A model generated the notes under the pieces. It made no database searches and was not told the DNA's origin. It saw only the letters and a program-made list of their open reading frames with translations. A stretch of DNA of 63,046 nt, the filler included, from Craspedostauros australis (Eukaryota), in NCBI GenBank assembly GCA_030167865.1. It is 8 parts of 8 records of this genome, joined end to end, with 100 filler letters (N's around TTAATTAATTAA, not from the genome) between each part and the next. Parts side by side here need not be neighbours in the genome. Positions count along the whole stretch, not along the records: positions 1 to 28,672 come from JALAGF010000554.1; positions 28,773 to 51,763 come from JALAGF010000563.1; 6 more parts are not named here. One strand, given 5' to 3'. The position numbers were made by a program, and so were the translations under genes. Positions 24,410 through 33,211 of the stretch are shown here, piece after piece; the first letter of the stretch is position 1; each line of letters begins with the position of its first letter.

Positions 24410-25879
24410 ATGACAACCATCAAAAAGGAACTTGCTGCCCTTGTCATCGGGCACAGCCTCCTCCTCAACGGTGCCGATGGGCTGCTGAACGCCAACGACG
24501 CTGGAAAGAGCAAGGTCGATTTGGACGCCGTCAACGAGATGATCGAGGAGTTGATGATCACGCATCAAGGCCATGACCTGCCACAAGCAAAGGGTGCTGC
24601 GACCGCAAGACTGAACATCGAGGACAAGCTCCAGACTCTCTTCTCCAACCACCAATCAACCATGGGCGACTCCATCTCGGCAAAGAGTCACAACAACAAG
24701 GTTGGCAGCATCCGCCGCCGACATGCCTCCTCCAGCAGCAACGAACTCTCCGACCTTGGGCGTCTCGGACGCAACGTCGGCCATTCCCAGGACGGCATGC
24801 CGCACGGATCCACACTGCTCGGCCACCGCGAGACGAAGAACGGAGCCTCGCAGATGAATGCCAGAAAGATGAAGTCGTCCAAGTCAGAGGAGTCGTCGAA
24901 GGCTCCCAAGTCCTCCAAGTCTCCCAAATCATCCAAAAACGCAAAGTCCATGCTCGATATGGAGGTCATGGACCTGTGCTTCACAGGAACAGCCGTGGAT
25001 GTCACGGCCAGTTGCACGGAAGCTGATGCCACCTGCTGCGAAACGCCATCGAATGCCAATGTCACGGCATGTCTCTGGGGCGATGATGCAATCGTCACCG
25101 TGTGTCCCAACTCGTGCAACGGAGAGGGCGCGTGCTACTTCCCCCTCGGCGCAACATCATTCATCCGCATTGACACGAATTCTTGCAATGGCCTTGGTGC
25201 CTGCGCTGGGATCAATACGGCATCAGTTCCGACGGGCGCTTGCAATGGTGAAACCGCTTGCTTCAACAACACCGGCACGCTCAGCGAGGCTTCCTGCAAT
25301 GGAGACGTCGCATGCGCCTTCAACACTGGCGCCGTCTCGAATAGCACCTGCTTTGGTGAAGGCGCGTGCGCCTACAACCAGGGAGACATCGCAGCAGGCT
25401 CTTGCTTCGGAGAAGCGGTGTGCACCAGTAACGAGGCAGACATCGGCATGGGATCTTGCTACGGTGAGACGGCGTGCGCCCTCAACACTGGAACGGTCAA
25501 GTCCGGCTCTTGCATTGGACCTTCCGCGTGCGTGCAGAACGCCGGAACCATCGAGGACAACGCCTGTCTCGGCAATACCACATGCGGTCTCAATTCAGGC
25601 ATGATCAGCAGCGGTTCATGCTACTACGAGACTGCATGCGCACTGAACCAGGGTGACATCGGCGAGGACTCTTGCTTGGGTGAGGGTGCTTGCACATCCA
25701 ATAGCGGCGACGTTGGCTTGGAATCATGCATCGGCCAGTTCGCCTGCACATCGAACTCGGGCCTGGTTGGCGATGAATCCTGCATTGGCGTCGTGGCATG
25801 CTTTTCGAACACTGCGCCTGTGTCAGACAGGCAGTGCATTGGTGAAGGTGCCTGCGCTTTGGTCGTTCCAACTCCGTAA
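24410..25879 (+). CDS. Putative secreted Cys-rich repeat protein with a KSSK-rich segment (489 aa)
   Basis: Signal-like N-terminus, KMKSSKSEESSKAPKSSKSPKSSK segment, and 14 C-x5-C units, of which the last 12 have an exact 18-aa period. Confidence 0.85.
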   Translation: MTTIKKELAALVIGHSLLLNGADGLLNANDAGKSKVDLDAVNEMIEELMITHQGHDLPQAKGAATARLNIEDKLQTLFSNHQSTMGDSISAKSHNNKVGSIRRRHASSSSNELSDLGRLGRNVGHSQDGMPHGSTLLGHRETKNGASQMNARKMKSSKSEESSKAPKSSKSPKSSKNAKSMLDMEVMDLCFTGTAVDVTASCTEADATCCETPSNANVTACLWGDDAIVTVCPNSCNGEGACYFPLGATSFIRIDTNSCNGLGACAGINTASVPTGACNGETACFNNTGTLSEASCNGDVACAFNTGAVSNSTCFGEGACAYNQGDIAAGSCFGEAVCTSNEADIGMGSCYGETACALNTGTVKSGSCIGPSACVQNAGTIEDNACLGNTTCGLNSGMISSGSCYYETACALNQGDIGEDSCLGEGACTSNSGDVGLESCIGQFACTSNSGLVGDESCIGVVACFSNTAPVSDRQCIGEGACALVVPTP

Positions 25880-26268
25880 GGCAGATCATGAGTGTCCGCC
25901 CCGCGCGGTGACAACTGTGCCGTCAACGGCCTGAACCCGATTGGCGTCCGTTCCTCTCCGCCCTTTTGCTGCTTCCGTTCCCAGAGTGCCCCGCGTCAAT
26001 AAACAGCAAACGAAACACATACCCCCAACGTATTATATGTGCCAATACGGGTATGCATGATATAATAGCAAAAGCAACAACGATACGCGAGTGGATGACG
26101 TAATCGTATTATTGTACTACACTGTTTCATATTATAGGAATTGTTTGTGTATACCATGGCGCCGCGCCGCTTCCAGACGATGCCTTCCCAATCAAAGAAG
26201 ACCTCTCTGTTGGGCGAGATCTGCGGGGGCTGGCTCACAAGAGGGTGATTCAACATGAAAGTGAAGGC

Positions 26269-27969
26269 TCATGGGCTGCTGACCTCTTCCTCACTGGAAT
26301 CCTCACTGTCGAGCACCTTGTCTTTGGGCATGCCAGCGTCTAGGTCGCCAGGGATCTCAAGGGGGTCAAGGTGTTCAAGGTGTTCAAGGGTGTCCAAGGG
26401 GGCCAAGGGGGCCAAGGCAGAAACCAAGCCTGTCACCACACCGTCACCGGTGACATTGAGGACAGTACGGAGGCGGTCCATGAACCAGTCGATGGCCAGG
26501 ATGTACTCGAAGCCGTCCGGGGTGCCGGATGCGTTGAACACGGTGTTGTATGCGGTGATGATGAGAACCAGCGATGCGGATGGCACCGGTGCCGTTCCGG
26601 CCGAACCGATAGTAGCGATGATGACAAGCAGGACGTAGGCAGATTCATCGATGTCGACTCCGTTGAGGACAGCCAGCCAGATGCACGCGCATGAGAAGTA
26701 GATAGCGCCACCATCCATGTTGATGGTGGCGCCCAGCGGAACGACGAAGCGGCCGATGGAATCTGGGACTTCTCCTGTGCTTTGGACGCAGCGGAGCGTC
26801 ATGGGGATGGTGGCGGCGGAGCTTGCGCACGCGAAGGCCATGGTCTGCGCGGGGACGAGCTTCTGGAGGTAGGTGAACGGATTCTTCTTGCGGATGAGGG
26901 CAAGGAGACCGACATGGACGATGCAGAAATGGAAGAGCATTGCGACCATGGTGGCGACCACGAGGTACCCCACGTTCTCGAATGCCTTGGCGAGGTCATC
27001 TTGATTGCCGATGGCACGCACGATGAGCGAGAAGACAGCGAATGGCGTCAGCATGATGACCCAGTTGATGAGCTTGAGGAAGACACCATCTAGCTCCTTG
27101 AAGAGCTTGATGATGTGGCTGAGAGCGGTGTTGCCATCAACACGATCGTTGAGGACCTGGCCCAAGGCAGAGCCAAAGGCGATGGCGAAAACCACGACGG
27201 CTGCGAAGTTCGCCGAGTTGAAGGAAGTGAAGATGTTGGAGGTGATGAGCTTGGTGAAGATACCGTCGTAGATGGTATCCGACAGACTGATGTCGTCACG
27301 GGCACCGCTGCTCTTGGTCACGAAGGTGGCGGAGATGTCATCGACGAGGAAGTCGATGTTGTCGCCAGATCCTTCCATGCACATGAGTGAACCATCGCTC
27401 TGTTCTGTGATGAAGAAGCCTTCCTTGTTGCATCCGAAGGACATGCGGGCATCGTCGTCGTCGTCGAAGCTGTCTTCGTTGAAGAGACCATCGAAGGAAA
27501 CGATGGAGACGATGCCGACGATGGAGGCGACGATGGTGGTGACAAGGTAGAGACCGATCGTCGTCCATCCGATGGAACTTGCGCGGCCGAGGCTCATCAT
27601 GTCGACGACGGAGATGACGACGTTGATGAAGACCAGCGGCAAGACGATGGCCTTGAGGGCTCTGATGAACATGTCACCGATCAGGCCAAGCCACTTGAGG
27701 GTGACCTCCTTGTCACATGGATCGTCTGGCTCCCAGTAGCTCAGACCGACCCCAGTTCCGATGCCCACGCTGGCAAAGATAAGGACGGAGAGGACTGGAT
27801 ATCGGGCCATGATGCCGCATCCGGCAGGCGGCATCTCTGCGATGCTCCCAATGTCATCCAGCGATGCCTGGACTGGTGCGGGGCGGAGGGCCGGGCTTGC
27901 ATCTGGATCTGTCTTGACGACAGTGTCGGCCATAGTGTTGTCGTTTTGTTTGGTTTGTTCTTCTGCCAT
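26269..27969 (-). CDS. Dicarboxylate/amino acid:cation symporter (DAACS/SLC1)
   Basis: GDMFIRALKAIVLPL, AFACASSAATIP, GATINMDG, ATIGSAG and DWFMDRLRTVLNVTGD are canonical SLC1/GltP motifs. First ATG at 27969. Confidence 0.95.
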   Translation of the reverse strand: MAEEQTKQNDNTMADTVVKTDPDASPALRPAPVQASLDDIGSIAEMPPAGCGIMARYPVLSVLIFASVGIGTGVGLSYWEPDDPCDKEVTLKWLGLIGDMFIRALKAIVLPLVFINVVISVVDMMSLGRASSIGWTTIGLYLVTTIVASIVGIVSIVSFDGLFNEDSFDDDDDARMSFGCNKEGFFITEQSDGSLMCMEGSGDNIDFLVDDISATFVTKSSGARDDISLSDTIYDGIFTKLITSNIFTSFNSANFAAVVVFAIAFGSALGQVLNDRVDGNTALSHIIKLFKELDGVFLKLINWVIMLTPFAVFSLIVRAIGNQDDLAKAFENVGYLVVATMVAMLFHFCIVHVGLLALIRKKNPFTYLQKLVPAQTMAFACASSAATIPMTLRCVQSTGEVPDSIGRFVVPLGATINMDGGAIYFSCACIWLAVLNGVDIDESAYVLLVIIATIGSAGTAPVPSASLVLIITAYNTVFNASGTPDGFEYILAIDWFMDRLRTVLNVTGDGVVTGLVSALAPLAPLDTLEHLEHLDPLEIPGDLDAGMPKDKVLDSEDSSEEEVSSP

Positions 27970-28328
27970 GATGCTGCTTGCCTTGGTTGACGATGTGGTG
28001 TTTCGATTCACCGTTGGTTGATTTTATGAGCTTTTGATCTGACACCAAACCTCGAAATGCGATGTTCTGTCTGCAGCTTGGCTTGATCGCTTCAATGATC
28101 GCAGTGCGATACTATGATCGCCTCTACGATCGCTCAGCCATCTGTGCGATCGATTACCGTAATCGATCACCGTCATCGACAGCCACAATCGATTGCAGTG
28201 ATAGATGATTACTCGCCCGATCGCGCGATTGCTGGCTGTTTCTTGATTGCCCAAACGGATGGATCGCACGTCAAGGAGGAAGAGGTTTCGCACTCTCTGG
28301 TTCTCACACACTCTCGCAGACTTTCACA

Positions 28329-28370
28329 CACCCTTGCTCGCACCCTTGCTCGCACCCTTGCTCGCACCCT
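28329..28370. repeat. Tandem repeat CACCCTTGCTCG, about 3.5 copies
   Basis: Directly visible 12-bp unit upstream of the DAACS gene. Confidence 0.9.
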
Positions 28371-28672
28371 GACGCTCTTGCTCTTGATACCAATTTCTTT
28401 TCCATGCTGACGGAAGTTTGAGACAGGGAGTGAAGCTGTTCGATTCATTTCCCGACAGAGAGGGGAGTCCAAACAGAGAAGCGCTGAAGGCGAGGCTGGT
28501 TTTGCTGGCGGCACCGGAGACAGTTGACACCTGCTTTTGGTAATGCTATCACGTTGACCCTTGTGGGACATCTGCGCTCATGATCCGTCAGGGGCGTCAT
28601 CGCTCTGCGGTCGTCATGTCACGGCTGGCGATTGATGAAAAGTTGTTTTCTGTGGTGAAAATGTGATGATCT

Positions 28673-28772
28673 NNNNNNNNNNNNNNNNNNNNNNNNNNNN
28701 NNNNNNNNNNNNNNNNTTAATTAATTAANNNNNNNNNNNNNNNNNNNNNNNNNNNNNNNNNNNNNNNNNNNN
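28673..28772. other. Artificial contig-joining spacer (N44-TTAATTAATTAA-N44)
   Basis: Six-frame stop linker flanked by Ns; the same spacer recurs seven times in the window. Confidence 0.98.
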
Positions 28773-30059
28773 ATGTTTCCGAATGCTCCACGGAAGCAAC
28801 AGATCATGGACAAGGAAGACCAAGGCGGATTACACTGAGTGGAGTGCGAAGCAACCAGACAGGAAAGGAGGGAAGCGCAAGACTCCATCAGCAGTGCAAA
28901 CAAGCAAAGATATCCAATCGAGCCAAGGAAGGAAACGAGCNNNNNCCTCATCCCAGACTCCTGCTGAGACTTCACCAGCACCACAGAGACGGCGGACGCG
29001 CTCGGAGACAACTCCACAACGACCGCGAACGCGCGCAGCAGCTCAACAAGGAAAGTACAGCCATGGGAATGGGTCAAGATGTAACATATAGCAAAGTAAT
29101 AACACACAAACGTCCATCAAATACGGGGTGGTGTATGGTTCCTGTGAAGAGGCGCGGCCACAAATCATTGTGATGCAAGAGGAAGAACGCTGTGGAACGA
29201 TCATGTCCTGTGAAGAGCGTGGAGGACATGGATAAGCATGCAATGAACGGATGTATACGAAGAACTGTGATGAGATGCAAGTGGCTCAATGCATCCAGAG
29301 AAGCATTGAGCCATAGAAACAGGAGGGCATGCCAGGACATTGAGAAATCGGAAAAAAACGATATGAGGGGGGAAAAAGTGAGCACGAACAAATAGTCTTA
29401 GTCGAGGTGGTCGAAGAAAATACCATCGCGATAAAACGTCGCGTTACTTGATTTTGGTCTCAGGAGACCAATTTTGGCACTCCTCAAATTCGCTTTGTCT
29501 CCTGAGACAATTTTGGACTTTTATCGTGGACGAATTTCCTCATGGATATCTCGTTGTTGCTGGTGTTGGTGTTGGTGTTGTAATCCACGGAATGGCAGGC
29601 AACAGTCATTGCCGCCACCAATCGTCACACTCTCACCGCCATCATCGACGACACCCAAATTGGAGCCAAACACAGGAAAACTGACCTGGCAAGCGCAGGA
29701 ACATCAATAAAGGTTGGGACGATTGTGTTTGCATTCAAAGCTGCGGCAGTCGCTGGTGTGTAGCTGTCGTACTCAGTTCATACTCTTGCGACGGTCGCCT
29801 GAGGCACTGATCGAATTCGCTGTTGGTGTTACGCACACCATCCAACAATTCCCTGCAAGGGGATGATGTTGTCGCGACGATCGATACGAATCGAATTGAA
29901 GGAAAAGATCTGCTTCGGTGTCACAACACGAAAGTTGGACGAAAAGATGCTTCTTCTTCTTCTTCCGTAGAGACGCGGAGTGCAGACCCTCGCCAGTAAC
30001 AGCGGTGAATCTCATGAAAGTTACGTGGACCATACACCTCACGTGGCTCGCAGGGTTCC

Positions 30060-30263
30060 AGTATGAAATGAAATTTGATCATCGGCGAGGACGAATTCAA
30101 GCGGACGAAAGGATCCTCTCCACGTCACAACATGAAAGGCGGGTGAAAAGATATTCATTCTCCCGAGAAGCAGACTGTGGGCCTTGCCATTAGCAATGGC
30201 ACATTCCATGGCACCTACGCCTCACGTAGGGCGAAGTACGAAATGAAATTTGATCATCGGCGA
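30060..30263. repeat. 29-bp direct repeat AGTAYGAAATGAAATTTGATCATCGGCGA (30060-30088 and 30235-30263)
   Basis: Two copies with one mismatch, 175 bp apart, each preceded by CCTCACGT, upstream of the GTPase gene. Confidence 0.85.
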
Positions 30264-30411
30264 TGCTTCAGTTTCCCACGAAAACCTCACCTCTGCCATT
30301 CAGGTTCCACGCGACGCGTTCTTGTTTTTTGGGAGGAGACGGTTACATGGGCATTCGATGGCATGTATTGTTTCGACATGGAGTAACGCAGGTATCATCC
30401 CATAAACCAAC

Positions 30412-32729
30412 ATGTCGACACAAACAATGTCATCGTCCGTGTCGTCCGTGGTCTCCCCAATGAAAAGCCATGCTACCATGAAGTGCAATCAATTTGAGAT
30501 CAAGATTGCCGTGATGGGATACGTCAGGTATGTAGATTCACAAATCGGCACTGGCAACGGACATGCATGGGGATGCAGAGGGGCATTGTCAGTGCAAGTT
30601 CCACTGACCTTGCCGCGCCCACCTGAGGTGCATTTGCAGATGCACTGGTATGGTAAGAGTATCTTCGTGCGAGTCATTTCAAGCTTCGTTCATCTCAACG
30701 CCACTTTCATGCTTGTGATGTTCCATGTATACCATAATCCACACTTGCCCATTACCCCCACGTCCCTTCACAATGCACTCTGTCCTCATCCAGCGTGGGC
30801 AAATCCACCGTGCTGAATGCTCTGCTGGGCAAGAGGTTCAGCGAGGTGTCGATGAAACGGACCACTGCCGGTATCAATCATTTCAAGATCTTCCATCCAC
30901 AACCTGAACCACCCACGCCCGTCGATACGACCAACAAAACCAAAGGCGCCAAGTCGAAGGCTGTGGCCACCCCTGTGAATTCGGATGTGTGGTACGAGGC
31001 CAATGACGAAATCTCTGCGAAGAGCGTCCAGTCCGCTGCATCGACGCACGAAACCATCAAGAAAGACAACGAAACTCTTCGTGCCAGCAACGGAGTCCAA
31101 GAAAAGTCCTTCGTCATCCAGGCAGAGCGCACGATCGTGACCATGAGAAGCGACTGCAATCTCGTGATCACAGATATTCCTGGAATCAATGAGGCAGGCA
31201 CAGATAGCGTCTACAAGAAGTGGGTTGCGGAGTCGTGGAAGACGTTTGACTGCGTGATCGTCGTGATGGATGCGCTCCAAGGCGTCAACACCGACGAACA
31301 AGTTGACATCCTCAAGTTCGCGAAGAAAAACAATGCGGAATCGAAGGACATCCCCGTCATCGTTGTCGGGAACAAGGTGGACGATCCAGAGGACGAAGAA
31401 AAGCAGGAGCTTGTCGGCGAGGTCCGAAAAGCCGTCGAAGAGATCTTTGGCTCAGGATGCGGTGTGGACGCCTTGGAAAACGTGAATAAGGAGGTCAGCA
31501 AGGGTGGCCATCGCAACGTCAACAGCAAAGGGGGCTCGTTCTCTGCTTTCGTTCCCATCTCCGCGATGCATGCCTTCTTGTACCGCTCAGCTTGCGGCCT
31601 GAGCTTCGAGGACTTCAAGAAACTGGACATGGACTTGATCTCGAAGATTGGCGAAAATGAAGTGGGCCGCTTCAAGTGGAAGAGGATGAAGCCGGAGAAG
31701 CGAATCGAGGCTGCATATGAGGCGATGCAGGGTGACGATGAATACGAGGAGCGCATGCAAGGTACGAACTTCGATACGCTTTTGTCGGTTCTCGAGTACT
31801 CTCTTGGCGGCGACGCGGTACAGGCATCTTTGATCAGGAAGCAGATCGAACTTGAGCTTGCTGGGATGTCAGATGTTCATCTCGAACCGGGAGATCTGTC
31901 CAAACGTCTCCGCCAAGCCAGCAAGAAGTGTGTTGCGATAGGCTTGCCAACTGCCATCGTCAAGGATGCCTTCAAGGCTTTCTACAAGCAAGACAAGATC
32001 AAAGCCATCAACGACTTGGAGACAGCGCTGAAGCAAGAGACTGTTGGAAGCTGCATGGGCCGCCTGCACGAGTTCGGATCGCTCTGTCACAATCTTGGCT
32101 TGACTGAGGAGAAGATGTGGGTCGCGATTCAGATGAGGCAGTTACTGAAGCATACCTTCACAATCATTATCGACGAGGGCAGCAAGTGGGATGTGGAGAA
32201 ATGGTACAAGAGCTGCCGTTCGCCGGACAATGGAACATGGAAGTCTGTGGAAAAGTCATGGGAGACAATGTCGCCAAGAGGCTGGATGGTAATCTTCGAA
32301 TCTTTGCTGCTGTTCATGAACGAGATCTCCGTGATTGAATATTTCGGACGAGAGAAGATGATGCTGCACGAGATGAATGCCCGGATGCAAAGGGTATGTG
32401 ATGGCGTAAGTATGAAAGTCCCCCAGTCGACGTGCGTTTCGCACAACCATGAATACAATCACCACCGCTCTTGTGTCGACAGGGAATTGCCGGAAGCGAA
32501 ACTCTGCACGAATTGCAAATGCACCAGCACGTCGCCTGGACACGATTTCATGATGAGGAACATTGCCGGTGCCATGAAGGGTACCTACAAGAATGGGAAG
32601 TTTGTTCCATCGAACAGGGCTGTCTATTCCAAATTGGCCACCTTGGACATGCCAGACAAACCGCTCGACGAGAAGCACTTTGGCAACGCCTTGTGGAACT
32701 ACGTCGCTTATCAGAATGAGACTGCGTGA
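30412..32729 (+). CDS. TRAFAC P-loop GTPase, dynamin-N/Era-like; join(30412..30527,30794..32729), start ATG uncertain
   Basis: Splicing restores G1 GYVSVGKST. Also G2 KRTT, G3 DIPG, G4 NKVD and G5 ISA. Helical C-terminal region with a Cys/His cluster. Confidence 0.85.
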
Positions 32730-33211
32730 CGCCAACGACCAGGCATTTTGCAGAGCTCAATTTGTGGATTCCTGTGTCTACCTCTGTCTTTGGGCATTGT
32801 CTGTCTGGTCCGACTTTTTCGCTCATCGTCTGAGCCATCGCGCTGCTCCTGTGCCGCGATCTGAACCGATGCAGCGCCGAATCCGTGGTTGTGGATACTA
32901 CGGGTATACTAATAGATAGTACCATCTCTGTAATACTCACTGTTCGTCCACAAGCCTTCACTTCTGCGAAGGTCTGAAGTTGCGTGTAATTCGAATTGCC
33001 CCTTTGCGGGAGCGTCAATACATGACGCTTGTGTTGCGACGGCAGCAGAATTCAATTTCCATCCGTTGGCATTATTCATACTTCATTCTTCTTGCGGGGG
33101 TGCATGGATAACTTTGAATACATTTGTGCTCAAGAGTATGCCGGCGTCGTGCAACCAGCTCAGCCTCTTCCAATCCAGGTGCTGCTCGATTTTATCTGCT
33201 TCTCTCCGCTC

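Noticed and set aside
26340..26420. 9-bp tandem repeats in the DAACS C-terminal tail (LAPLAPLDTLEHLEHLDPLE)
   Set aside because: Short slippage expansion in a disordered tail; no evidence of function.
28717..28728. TTAATTAATTAA recurring seven times, superficially like a repeat array or piggyBac target
   Set aside because: Always centred in exactly 88 Ns; a synthetic six-frame stop linker.
28783..29395. Short ORFs at the start of block 2
   Set aside because: Truncated, contain Ns and have no recognisable motifs; probably repeat-derived.
30060..30263. CRISPR-like array near the Cas4-like nuclease
   Set aside because: Only two copies with a 146-bp gap, far longer than a spacer; no cas1/cas2; eukaryotic context.
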